Shown: positions 36,562 through 46,350 of the stretch, piece by piece
How positions within the stretch are numbered: the stretch's first letter is position 1
Layout: each line of letters begins with the position of its first letter
From: Enterobacterales bacterium
GTDB taxonomy: Bacteria > Pseudomonadota > Gammaproteobacteria > Enterobacterales > Enterobacteriaceae
Direction: 5' to 3'
Length of the DNA: 64,000 bases
NCBI GenBank assembly: GCA_039593635.1
Contig: JBCNOW010000015.1
Location: 8,942 to 72,941, forward strand
Notes under the pieces: model-generated
What the model was told of the DNA's origin: nothing
Seen by the model: the letters and a program-made list of their open reading frames with translations, nothing else
Database searches by the model: none
Position numbers and translations under genes: made by a program

Positions 36562-36862
36562 GAGTGAAGGATCCGACATTACTAACTGATTTTTGTATTT
36601 AATACCGGGGGCAGGTCAATATCTCACATAAAAACCTTATTAGAGAATCAAGCTTTATTTAGATGGTTACATAAACACAAACCTGAACTCCTTAATGAAC
36701 TGATAAAGATCTCTGAAATCAGGAGTTTAAATTAAGCTCTGAAAATCTCAATCAGTTTATCAATAGACGAATTTACATAAATACTTGATTAGGAGAATAT
36801 CCCTGTTTAAACTCATCAAGTTAAGTTCACAACCGCTAATAATTAATTAGGTAAAGCATCTT

Positions 36863-37270
36863 ATGAGTAATGCGCTCCAAACCCTTAACAACATTCGCAC
36901 CCTCAGGGCACAAGCTCGTGAGACTTCACTTGAGCAACTCGAAGACATGCTTGCTAAGCTCACTACAGTTATAGATGAGTTCCGTGAAGAGCAAGCATCC
37001 GTCATAAAAGAGCGAGAAGCAAAGCAAGCTAAGCTTGAAGCTATCCGTGCTCAACTTCTTGAAGATGGGATAGATCCTCAGGAACTTCTAAACGGACTTT
37101 CTTCTAAACATAAGGTCAAGGCTAAGTCTACTCGTGAAGCTCGCCCGGCAAAGTATAAATATACCGATGAGCAAGGTAATGAGAAAACCTGGACTGGTCA
37201 GGGCAGAACACCAAAAGCCATTGCCGATGCTATTGCCAGTGGTAAAAAATTGCAGGATTTTGAAATTTAA
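36863..37270 (+). CDS. Island-encoded H-NS/StpA family protein
   Basis: LNNIRTLRAQARE, RPAKYKY, TWTGQGRTP. Confidence 0.93.
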   Translation: MSNALQTLNNIRTLRAQARETSLEQLEDMLAKLTTVIDEFREEQASVIKEREAKQAKLEAIRAQLLEDGIDPQELLNGLSSKHKVKAKSTREARPAKYKYTDEQGNEKTWTGQGRTPKAIADAIASGKKLQDFEI

Positions 37271-37327
37271 ACTCTAATGTTTTTGATAACTCAAGAGTAA
37301 GCGCCTCCTGAGTTATCATTATTTACA

Positions 37328-38080
37328 TCATTCTTTTTCAAAAAAATGGGAAATGGTTATAGATAACGAAAAGACTACTAAAAAGATGCAAAGTGAAATG
37401 CCGAAGATAATTAATCCAATATTATTTTGGATTAATATAATTATGTTGCCGGTATTTCCGTAAGAAATTTGACCGATCTCAATTTTTGCCACTTGGTCAT
37501 CACTACCAATTTTTATTTTATCCTCATCAAAGCTGTCGCCTTTTATCCAGGCCCATATTCTATAATGACCTCCTTGTCTAATAGACGGTATCACATATCG
37601 TGCGGTCAGGTTTTTCTCGTTAGAATAATCACCTTTATCATCCTCAATCATCAACAGAACTTTTTGAGGATAATCGACATATACGTTTTTAGCAATTGCA
37701 TCACCGTCATTTTTGACATATATAAAAACCTGTTTTTTATATTCTGCCAATCCATTTTCAAAAGGCGTAGTAAAAGGGATTCTCAAATATTCTAATAACT
37801 TAGTAACAAGATTTTTCTTATCATCAAAGCTGGCAGATTTGGAAATACTATCTATTGAATCGTAAATATTTCCAAAGTCAGATTTATTAAGGAGTTCTGC
37901 CATTTTATTGTCATATTGGGGTGGGGTATAGAATATATCCTTGTTTACATAGGCTGTAAGTGAAGCTTTAGGTTTGCTAACTTCATGATAAAGACCGCCA
38001 GCAGTTGCTAAACTCGATAGAACAGCAAAAAGGAAGCCTATTTTTTTAATTAAATTTTGATTTTCCATATGTGTATCCAT
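37328..38080 (-). CDS. Hypothetical protein with N- and C-terminal hydrophobic segments
   Basis: 250-aa ORF; convergent hairpin tgataactca...tgagttatca at 37284-37318. Confidence 0.7.
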   Translation of the reverse strand: MDTHMENQNLIKKIGFLFAVLSSLATAGGLYHEVSKPKASLTAYVNKDIFYTPPQYDNKMAELLNKSDFGNIYDSIDSISKSASFDDKKNLVTKLLEYLRIPFTTPFENGLAEYKKQVFIYVKNDGDAIAKNVYVDYPQKVLLMIEDDKGDYSNEKNLTARYVIPSIRQGGHYRIWAWIKGDSFDEDKIKIGSDDQVAKIEIGQISYGNTGNIIILIQNNIGLIIFGISLCIFLVVFSLSITISHFFEKE

Positions 38081-38237
38081 GCGCTTTATTAATTAATAAT
38101 ACTTCATCCTATCTATAGGTGTAAATGAAATATTTTTAGAACCTATTGTGAATCCCCATAAAAACACAAATCGAAAGTAAGAAGTATTATTTTTAGTGGT
38201 AGTTGTTGTATAAATAGGGGAAATGAAAGGAAAAAAT

Positions 38238-39086
38238 ATGAAAAACTGGACTACAGAGCATACGAAGGAAGTTAAGGGGTGGTTCTTTGTAGGAAACTAT
38301 GAAGTTTTCAAAGAGCTAACTTTGAAAGCTTTTTACCATGAACTGTGGGCGAGAGCGATTTGGCACAGACCTTGGCCTACAGAGGAGGAAGGGAGAGACC
38401 TCATTCAGGTAGGTATCAAAGTCTTTGGGGGAAATCCGGTGTTATATACTTCAAGGCAACTTGAATACACGGACCGTGATGATCGCCTCTACGAACCGCC
38501 TCATCTCCATCTTACAACAACGAAGAGGATTGCCCAGCTTGGCATCAATAGCATGGTTGCAGGACTCTTTTCATGGGATGGAGGAGAGCAATATCGTATG
38601 GTGCCTGATTATGCTGAAGCCTTCATCTCAGACATCTTCGATGAGAGCATGGCGAAGGGCACGGTGATGCTGGAAGTAGACCTGGCAAGCGGAACAGATG
38701 AAGAGATAGCTGAAGCTCTTAAGACTGCTTTACCGCAATGGAGAAGAATCAAAGGTATTGAGCCGGACATGTCGGGAGCAGTTAGGTTTGGTTATGGCAC
38801 AATCAAAAAGCTCATCAGCTATCGAATCATGGCCATGCTCGATATCCTTATGTGGGCAAAGATACATAAGGTAAGGATTTCTGACGACAGGTTATCTCGT
38901 CTCTTATACACCGATGAGGATGAGGAGGATGAAACCCGCCTAAGTAACCATATCCGTGATTCAGACCGTCCACTCGCTAACAAAGCAGCAACTATCAACT
39001 TCATCAGGCAATTCAACTACTTCCTTAATAAGAATCCCCATTTGAAAGACATGAAGGTCTCAGAAGTCATAAAACTCAGTGACTAA
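38238..39086 (+). CDS. DUF6387-like island protein
   Basis: WF...Y N-terminus, VDL..TDEEI, YRIMAMLDILMW; position upstream of alpA. Confidence 0.6.
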   Translation: MKNWTTEHTKEVKGWFFVGNYEVFKELTLKAFYHELWARAIWHRPWPTEEEGRDLIQVGIKVFGGNPVLYTSRQLEYTDRDDRLYEPPHLHLTTTKRIAQLGINSMVAGLFSWDGGEQYRMVPDYAEAFISDIFDESMAKGTVMLEVDLASGTDEEIAEALKTALPQWRRIKGIEPDMSGAVRFGYGTIKKLISYRIMAMLDILMWAKIHKVRISDDRLSRLLYTDEDEEDETRLSNHIRDSDRPLANKAATINFIRQFNYFLNKNPHLKDMKVSEVIKLSD

Positions 39087-39329
39087 GCGAAAGGCACCGT
39101 CAGTTACGGTGCTTAAAAACCTGTCGGCATGTGCACAGCATCCTCTCATCCTCTTTTATCAAAGTTAAGAACTCTGACCCAGATGAAGTTCTTGAAGTCT
39201 ATCCTGTATGTTACAAAATAAACTGGGAAAGCGGTAACAGTTGTCGTCACTGGAGTCACGAAGCTCTGTCCTTTCTTTGCTCACCTTCCCTTACTGTTGA
39301 TTCATCAGAGACAAGGTGAGGAAGCAAAC

Positions 39330-39536
39330 ATGAAGAAATCAAACATCCGCTTGATAAGAATGCCCGAGGTGTTATCAAAAACCGGATTTAAGAAATCTTG
39401 GGTTTATCTATTGATATCAAATGATTCATTTCCAAAACCTATCAAAGTGGGGGCGAGGGCTATAGCTTTTGTAGAGGCGGAAATTGATCAATGGGTTGAA
39501 GATCGAATTAATGAATCTCGGATTAATAATAGCTGA
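39330..39536 (+). CDS. AlpA family excisionase/regulator
   Basis: RLIRMPEVLSKTGFKKSWVY...FPKPIKVGARAIAFVEAEIDQW. Confidence 0.92.
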   Translation: MKKSNIRLIRMPEVLSKTGFKKSWVYLLISNDSFPKPIKVGARAIAFVEAEIDQWVEDRINESRINNS

Positions 39537-39841
39537 TTTTGATGATCGAAATATTATCGTAAAGTTTAAAAATGAAAATAGGATGATATTTAACGAAATT
39601 CTTAACAAAAATATTCGCACCGCTTTATCAGTCAGGCTTTGAGATGATTTCTAAATATCGGGTATGGATACAAAGAACTAGCCGTACCGGTTTCTTTCAC
39701 GTGAAAGAATTTTTTTTAAGTTATTAAATAATATATAAATAAACCAGAAATAGCAGAAATAAAATTGCAAATTTAAAATCTATAAATTACATGATAAGCC
39801 GGAACGATTAATAATTGTAAAATTTACGGAGGGTTATTAAA

Positions 39842-41047
39842 TTGCAATATAAAACTAAGAAGTTTGTAATGGAAAGTGGAGAACGCAACTGCATTATCCT
39901 TGATAAAGAAACCGGACTTCCAGCTTACTATGAAAACCTATTTCTCACCACCAAAATACGAAATAGAGGTTATACCGTTTCAACAATTGAAGTAGTTGCA
40001 ACGAAACTTATCATCTTCAAAGAGTTTTGCAAAAATAACCAAATCAATTTACATGAAAGGATAATGAGCAAAGAGTTTCTCAATATATTTGAGATTGATA
40101 ATCTTGTTAGATATTTAAATCTAAGATTTGATAATAGAGAAAATCCCGATATTAACAAAAAAGAATTTAAATCTATCTCTAAAAGAACATTTAATTATAG
40201 GCTGCATGTTGTTGCGAAATACCTTGAGTGGCTTTGCGAAGTGATTCACTCAATGGATAAAATTAATGCAAAAAACGAAGTAGATACCTTCATTAAGAGT
40301 ATCGAATCTCATAAATGGAGTGTACGAACTCTGAAGCTACATGATAGGCCTGATAGAGCGCTTGAAGAAAAACAACTTATTGAGCTTTTTAAGATAGTTG
40401 AAATAGGGAGTGAAATTAATCCATTCTCAAAAGAGGTTCAAAGTAGAAATAACCTCATTTTTAAGATTCTAATAAACTTGGGGTTAAGAGCTGGCGAATT
40501 ACTAAACATTAAGATTGAAGATTTAGATCTTTATGAAAATACACTTTATGTAAGGAGGCGACACGACTGCAACAAGGATTCCAGAATCTATCAACCTCTT
40601 GTTAAAACGGAAGAAAGGGTGCTTAAACTTTCTGAAGGTTTAGCTAAGGAAATAGATGACTATATGATTTATGAAAGGGAATTATCCACAAAGCGGAAAA
40701 GACATAGTTATCTTTTTGTAACTCATGGAAATTCAAATACAGAAGGCGAACCTCTCAGTATTTCAGCATACGAGAAAATAATTTCAACCATTAAGAAGAA
40801 CAGTAATTTACTAGCAAATTTATCAGGGCACAGATTAAGACATTCATGGAATTACTATTTTTCAAAGGAAGCTGATAGCTCACAACTAAGCGGTCATGAG
40901 CAAGATTCTTTTAGAAAGTATTGTATGGGATGGTCTGACTCCTCGAAAATGCCTGAGGTATATAACAGAAAAATGACTTCTGAAAAACATAAAGAGATTA
41001 TGCTTAAGATTTTCAACACCACTGAGAGAATTATAAAAGGGGAATAG
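39842..41047 (+). CDS. Tyrosine recombinase (GinA-like)
   Basis: LGLRAGELL, VKT, GHRLRHSWN, MGWS...YN. Confidence 0.85.
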   Translation: MQYKTKKFVMESGERNCIILDKETGLPAYYENLFLTTKIRNRGYTVSTIEVVATKLIIFKEFCKNNQINLHERIMSKEFLNIFEIDNLVRYLNLRFDNRENPDINKKEFKSISKRTFNYRLHVVAKYLEWLCEVIHSMDKINAKNEVDTFIKSIESHKWSVRTLKLHDRPDRALEEKQLIELFKIVEIGSEINPFSKEVQSRNNLIFKILINLGLRAGELLNIKIEDLDLYENTLYVRRRHDCNKDSRIYQPLVKTEERVLKLSEGLAKEIDDYMIYERELSTKRKRHSYLFVTHGNSNTEGEPLSISAYEKIISTIKKNSNLLANLSGHRLRHSWNYYFSKEADSSQLSGHEQDSFRKYCMGWSDSSKMPEVYNRKMTSEKHKEIMLKIFNTTERIIKGE

Positions 41048-41049
41048 GT

Positions 41050-42375
41050 ATGAATTTGTCGTTAAAGGTCGAAGAAGCCTCTTACAAAGCGAAAATGAAT
41101 GGTTATTACTTCAAACTTACAGATAAAAAATGGAAACTTGATAAAAGTATAACTATATCTCCCATTGAAGTGATCAAAAATGCATCATCAGATATTCAAT
41201 CTGGATATATTCATACTCTTGCATATTTTGCCTCAAATTTTAGTGCAGGGTATGTAAGTGCTATTAACACGTCATTTAAGAAGTTTTTCACCACCTCGCA
41301 GACAAATGTTATCGATGGTGAAAGTATCTTGAGATTTAAAGCTGGGCTGAAAGAGCATGAAGAATATTGTTTATGCTGCATGAAGAGCTTTCTGGATAGG
41401 TGGGTAAATTTTAATTATCCAGGCATACATTCATCTTCAGTGGCTGTTTTCAATAATATGAGGGTAAAACGGGGAGCTATTGGTGAAGCAGTCAAAAGAA
41501 GGGACCCAAATGTAGGGCCTTTTACAGATAATGAATTGTATATGCTTAAAACTAAAACCCAAGAATTGCTCTCTGAAGGAAAGGTTAACTTGTCTTTATT
41601 TTGTTTCTTGAACCTCTTGATCAGCACAGGTAGACGGCCAGTGCAATTGACATCATTAAAGCACATTGACCTTAAGAAAGATGATAAGTGTGTATATATT
41701 AATATCCCAAGAGTTAAGCAACAGCTTACATTCAGAGAAAGTTTCACTTCAAATATTCTTGCTGAGAGATTGTTTTCTTCACTATTGCAGTTAAAAGAGC
41801 AAACAATAAAATACATCGAGACTAAGTTTGGAGAGGAATTAGAACAGCATGTAAAAGATCTATTGCCAATTTTTCTTAATAAAGATGCTGTCAATTCGTG
41901 CACGAGCCTCTTGGATCTGAAGCAAAAAATTTACTCAGATTTTCTTCATGCACAAAATGAGTTGCTGACTAATAAGCTAAGGAACATGGCCAAACAATAT
42001 GGGCTTATTTCAGAAAGGACAGGTAATATTATCAAATTAAATCCAAGAAGGTTTAGATACACTTTAGGCTCAATCCTCGCAAAAAACGGAGCATCAATTA
42101 GTGAGATTGCTCAAGCACTGGATCACAGCGATATAAGTTCAGCGGGAATCTACATTAAAAATGTCGCTGACAATGTTGCCAAGATCGACTCACACATGAA
42201 TAAATTCCTTTCACCACTATCCAATGTCTTCATGGGATTAGATGTTGAATCCAATTCTCAAGAATTCATCAATGTCATTAAGGATGCTTTTTGTATAAAA
42301 GAAAGTGTTCAAAATGAAATCAAATGTTTTGAGTGTAAAAAATTCAATCAGTGGAGAACAGAAGATCATGTCTAA
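41050..42375 (+). CDS. Tyrosine recombinase (GinB-like)
   Basis: TGRRPVQL, IPRVKQ, PRRFRYTLG, LDHSD...YI, C-terminal CFECKKF. Confidence 0.82.
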   Translation: MNLSLKVEEASYKAKMNGYYFKLTDKKWKLDKSITISPIEVIKNASSDIQSGYIHTLAYFASNFSAGYVSAINTSFKKFFTTSQTNVIDGESILRFKAGLKEHEEYCLCCMKSFLDRWVNFNYPGIHSSSVAVFNNMRVKRGAIGEAVKRRDPNVGPFTDNELYMLKTKTQELLSEGKVNLSLFCFLNLLISTGRRPVQLTSLKHIDLKKDDKCVYINIPRVKQQLTFRESFTSNILAERLFSSLLQLKEQTIKYIETKFGEELEQHVKDLLPIFLNKDAVNSCTSLLDLKQKIYSDFLHAQNELLTNKLRNMAKQYGLISERTGNIIKLNPRRFRYTLGSILAKNGASISEIAQALDHSDISSAGIYIKNVADNVAKIDSHMNKFLSPLSNVFMGLDVESNSQEFINVIKDAFCIKESVQNEIKCFECKKFNQWRTEDHV

Positions 42376-44167
42376 TGTAATATCTTTCAAACCCGATGGA
42401 AAAAATCCCGCTATTAATAATGTTATTTCTTATGTGGCCTTCTACCGTAGTATTATTTCTGATAACGAAATAATTAAAGATTGGAATGCACTTTCTTGGG
42501 GGGGTATTTACAGGTTTACGAGGTTTGATTCCTGTGACAACCGTAATTGCAATGAACCCCTTAATGAAAACTTTATTGATTTTGCAAAAGCCTATATCAA
42601 ATGCTCTATTTTATTTGGAAAAAGGAAAGAGCACACAAAGGCATTGAGAGTGTTAAAAGTTCTTGAGTTCGTTCTTCTTGACTTGGTTGGAAATGCAAAT
42701 GTCAATGAATGTAACTATATGGTTTTAGATAAATGTGCCAGTATTATCTATGGGAAATATACTAAATCAGTATCGGCTAATACATGTAAAGAATTGGAGA
42801 AGATTATTAATTTCCTAAAGTTAAACAGGATGATTGATTTGCCACACTTAGATTGGGTCAGTCCACTTAGGTTTAAAGCTCGAAAGAGTTGGGATGGTTA
42901 TGATAAAAATCTTAAAGGGCATAGTAAGTTGCCAGACATTGAATCGTTATTAATTATTGCAAGCATCTTTGCTAAAAAGGATGAAGAACTTTCTCAAAGA
43001 GACATGTTTACCACTTCAGTTGTGGCACTACTCTGCTGTGCACCCAGTAGGATTTCTGAAATTTTGGCTTTACCCAGCGACTGTGAGATTTTAGAAAACG
43101 ATTCCAGAGGCATTAAACGGTATGGCCTTAGGTTCTTCTCGGGTAAAGGATATGCAGGCGATATCAAGTGGATTCCAACTGAAATGATATCTGTTGCTCA
43201 AACTGCTGTAAGAAGGCTAAGGATGCTGTCTAAAAACGCCAGAGAACTCGCCATAAAAATGGATGAAGGTTATGAAAAATTCCAATCTCAGATCCTCCTT
43301 TCTGTAATAGATGAGAATAAATATCTTACTGCTAAACAGGTATGCGAGTTTTTAGGTTTTTACAGAGAGATTAGCAATGATTATCGAAGAAAGATTAAGG
43401 GAATTACATTAAATGGCAGTGTGATAAATCATCAAGATTATACATATACTTTAAAAGAATTGAAAAGGTTGGTCTATGATTCTAAACCTAAAGATTTTCC
43501 TTGGTTTGATAAAAAGAAAAATATCAAATATTCAAATGCCTTATGTCTTTTAAACCGATTTCAGCTTAACGAAATCAATGATACCTATAATTTTGTTTTT
43601 GAAAAACCAACAGTATGTCTATTCTCTGCCGATATAGCCAAGTCTGGATACTCTGATAAAAGATTCATAAACATTTTTGAAAGGTATGGTTTCAATAACA
43701 AAGATGTTAAGGACTATAAAATTAATTCGCATCAGCCAAGACATCTTCTTAATACAATAGCTCTTATTTCAGGCATGGATGGTTTCGATCTTGCTCGCTG
43801 GTCAGGACGACAATGTATTGCTCAGAACAGATATTATGATCACCGTAACCATGCTCATATGCTTAGTTTAATGAGGGGCAGAGAGATTAAAGTTGAAAAT
43901 GAAAAGCTTCCTGAAGCTCGAATTGATGATTTGAATATCCTGAAAAATGGTGCCGTGATGGTCAGTAAGCACGGATATTGCAGACATGCCTATGCTTCAG
44001 AACCATGTGCATTTTACCCTGAAAACGAGTCAGGGATTAATGGGGAAAGATTTTCAAGCATACATCTAAGAATACGAGAAAAAGCAATTTCTGATAGAGA
44101 GGAAGGGCATGAAAGTGCTCGTAAGTGGTGTGAATTCCATGAAAGAATAAAAATTAAGGAGTTATAA
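42368..44167 (+). CDS. Tyrosine recombinase-like protein (GinC-like)
   Basis: APSRISEIL, SHQPRHLLNT, WSGR...QNRYYDH, HGYCRH...PC. Confidence 0.8.
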   Translation: MSNVISFKPDGKNPAINNVISYVAFYRSIISDNEIIKDWNALSWGGIYRFTRFDSCDNRNCNEPLNENFIDFAKAYIKCSILFGKRKEHTKALRVLKVLEFVLLDLVGNANVNECNYMVLDKCASIIYGKYTKSVSANTCKELEKIINFLKLNRMIDLPHLDWVSPLRFKARKSWDGYDKNLKGHSKLPDIESLLIIASIFAKKDEELSQRDMFTTSVVALLCCAPSRISEILALPSDCEILENDSRGIKRYGLRFFSGKGYAGDIKWIPTEMISVAQTAVRRLRMLSKNARELAIKMDEGYEKFQSQILLSVIDENKYLTAKQVCEFLGFYREISNDYRRKIKGITLNGSVINHQDYTYTLKELKRLVYDSKPKDFPWFDKKKNIKYSNALCLLNRFQLNEINDTYNFVFEKPTVCLFSADIAKSGYSDKRFINIFERYGFNNKDVKDYKINSHQPRHLLNTIALISGMDGFDLARWSGRQCIAQNRYYDHRNHAHMLSLMRGREIKVENEKLPEARIDDLNILKNGAVMVSKHGYCRHAYASEPCAFYPENESGINGERFSSIHLRIREKAISDREEGHESARKWCEFHERIKIKEL

Positions 44168-44584
44168 ATGGCAAAACATATTAGTATTATTCAAATTAGA
44201 TATATTGTAGGAGTAATAAATAGATGGTCTCAGAATGAAAAGCTGACTTGGGATGCTTTGTGTGACAAGGTTTCATCAGATATTGGTAAAAGACCATCTC
44301 GTCAGTCTTTATGTAGTCATAAATTTATAGAAGAATCATTTAAGCTAAAGAAAGAAAAGCTAAAACATGGTGAAGATAAGACTATCAGACCTGCAAACAT
44401 AAATGCCGCTATTAAAAGGATAAAAAGGCTTGAAGCTGAAAATAAAGCATTATTAAAGGAAAATACCCGATATCATGAGCAGTTTCATAGGTGGCAGTAT
44501 AATGCTCACATACGGCAAATAACTCTTGAAGATTTGAATAGTCCATTACCTAAAAAATACGATGATAAATTTGATAGGTTTTAA
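44168..44584 (+). CDS. Small helical/coiled-coil partner (GinD-like)
   Basis: KLTWDAL, RQSL, RIKRLEAEN...WQYNA; abuts the previous stop codon. Confidence 0.72.
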   Translation: MAKHISIIQIRYIVGVINRWSQNEKLTWDALCDKVSSDIGKRPSRQSLCSHKFIEESFKLKKEKLKHGEDKTIRPANINAAIKRIKRLEAENKALLKENTRYHEQFHRWQYNAHIRQITLEDLNSPLPKKYDDKFDRF

Positions 44585-44651
44585 CTATTGACATGATTAA
44601 ATTTTATGATATTTCTTTTAGAGTCAGGATGACATTTCACAAATAGCAAGG

Positions 44652-45062
44652 ATGCTTATTATGAATAAACTAAATAGATATTTACCCGATCAAAAGTTCT
44701 TGATACTCCTCAATCGCTTCATTCTTAGATACGATGAATCGGACTGCAATAAAGAAAAGATCGTAAAAGATGCATATCTTTTTTGCATCGGATATTTTCT
44801 AAAGTATCAGCAGGATTATGAGAACCCAAGCTTGAAAGGGTCGAGTAACATTTTAGCTGTTCTCACTTCAGCCTTACTCAGTCCAAATTTTTACACTATA
44901 CCCAATACCATTAGCCTTGAACGAGTTCTGTATTTTTACAAATTCATTGTCGAATACATTGTCTGGAATGAGTATGAAGTGGAAAGCATATATAAAAAGC
45001 ATACGAAAAACTTCAATTTAAAAAGCTCACCATCGATAGCTTCTAAAAAAATAAATATCTAA
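44652..45062 (+). CDS. Hypothetical protein
   Basis: 136-aa ORF followed by hairpin aaaagtgcta...tagcactttt. Confidence 0.55.
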   Translation: MLIMNKLNRYLPDQKFLILLNRFILRYDESDCNKEKIVKDAYLFCIGYFLKYQQDYENPSLKGSSNILAVLTSALLSPNFYTIPNTISLERVLYFYKFIVEYIVWNEYEVESIYKKHTKNFNLKSSPSIASKKINI

Positions 45063-45157
45063 TTCTTATTTGTTATCAAGAAAAGTGCTATTTTATAGGA
45101 TAGCACTTTTCTCGTTCAAGCATCAGCTTTCATAATATAATTAAAAATATCAAGGCA

Positions 45158-46165
45158 TTAATTTTCATTATTCTCATATTTAGGATGAACAAATTGTATT
45201 AATGATGTATTTCCCTGTATGTGTAAAATTCTGACTTCCATGAATACACCATCACAATCCTCAAGCTCTAAAGGAGTATCGATCTCGAATGTTACTGGCT
45301 GTTTTAAACCCCCGTTAATTGCTATATTATTAGCATAGATATATGTCCTGTTACTTGTATCAAGTATAGGGTTTAGCCTTCCTTGCAATCCTGGGATATA
45401 GCCCGTTCCCATGCATATAATTGATCCAGTATTTTCAGAGGAAGCTAAAGTGATTTTTATATCTTCACCAGAATCCCAGTTATTAATGATTGCTGCTGGG
45501 TAATCAGGATGTGCAACGAGTAATTGATATTTTCTTCTTGTTGAAATTTCTAAAGCACCTAAGCCATCCTTGTCTGAATGAGCTGACTTAGTTGTGTCGT
45601 TATCTGCTATTGCTACTATAGTAGCGCCTTCAATAGCTTCACCAAAAGTGTTAGCTATACTTATTAATGACTTGGAAGGCTCGGATTTTGGTATTGATTT
45701 AGTAGAAAATAATCTTTTTCTGATATTAATTGATGGTATGGTTAAACCACTATTAATAAGTTTCTTATGAATTATTTCAACAAGCTGTTGTGGTGACATG
45801 TTAGAAAGATCTAAATAACCAGTTGTTGGTAAAATGCCTGGGATAGGAGTTTCATCAAACCTCACTGGGAGAATGTATTCCTGGTTTTCTTGAAAAGCCC
45901 TTGCTTGCATACTTTGCCGTTCAAGATTAGTCCATCGTTTTTTTGAGTAATTTTCCGATATGAACATTATAGTATAGCGAGCTTGGTTCATATAAACATC
46001 TGTAAGATGATCATATAGGTTTTTGCCCCATAGATCATCTTGCTCAAAAAAGTCATAAAATATTTTTACACCTGAATCCCGAAGCTGGTTTGCTACTTGC
46101 TCTACATAGCCCCTGTCTTCTCCTGCAAAAGATAATGCTATGTCAAACTGTCTAACTTCACTCAT
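45158..46165 (-). CDS. TIR domain protein with beta-rich C-terminal region
   Basis: FDIALSFAGEDR, IFYD, FISENY...WTNLER (catalytic Glu position), ILPVRFD. Confidence 0.88.
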   Translation of the reverse strand: MSEVRQFDIALSFAGEDRGYVEQVANQLRDSGVKIFYDFFEQDDLWGKNLYDHLTDVYMNQARYTIMFISENYSKKRWTNLERQSMQARAFQENQEYILPVRFDETPIPGILPTTGYLDLSNMSPQQLVEIIHKKLINSGLTIPSINIRKRLFSTKSIPKSEPSKSLISIANTFGEAIEGATIVAIADNDTTKSAHSDKDGLGALEISTRRKYQLLVAHPDYPAAIINNWDSGEDIKITLASSENTGSIICMGTGYIPGLQGRLNPILDTSNRTYIYANNIAINGGLKQPVTFEIDTPLELEDCDGVFMEVRILHIQGNTSLIQFVHPKYENNEN

Positions 46166-46350
46166 ATTGAACCTCATTTTTGTGGGAAAGATAAGTGTAT
46201 TTATAAACAATAATTGAGGTGTTAATTACAAATTCTTATGCATGAAATTATTTCTTATCATCAAATGTTGTTTTTGACAAGGGCTTTTAAATTTTCAATA
46301 AAAAAAACCAGCATTTAGCTGGTTTTTCATTTATCTTCGAAAGGGACTAT

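Larger units (their letters stand above)
35394..36618 (+). mobile_element. IS3-family (IS407 group, IS1222-like) insertion sequence
   Basis: Terminal IRs tgacctgctcccc / gggggcaggtca, 4-bp target duplication ATAT, CGA-AAG -1 frameshift hexamer at 35717-35722. Confidence 0.93.
34634..36735 (+). pseudogene. ParB/RepB-like protein 2, interrupted by IS at 35393/36619
   Basis: SIGLIEPILV, ILDGHMR; removing IS plus one ATAT restores ...LTIVISHIKTLLENQALFRWLHKHKPELLNELIKISEIRSLN* ending 36735. Confidence 0.85.

Noticed and set aside
33754-36735. Plasmid repABC/parABS partition locus
   Set aside because: No ParA/RepA ATPase or RepC; genes are coupled to a recombinase instead
39521-39820. gattaataat repeated near alpA end and before ginA-like gene as possible element end
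   Set aside because: Short AT-rich match in AT-rich DNA with no convincing counterpart on the other side
39842-44584. RIT element or gamma-mobile-trio
   Set aside because: Three large recombinases plus a fourth small protein fit ginABCD better; no RIT-type terminal IRs found by eye
45158-46165. Thoeris or CBASS system
   Set aside because: No SIR2/Macro ThsA, cyclase or other partner gene recognisable nearby
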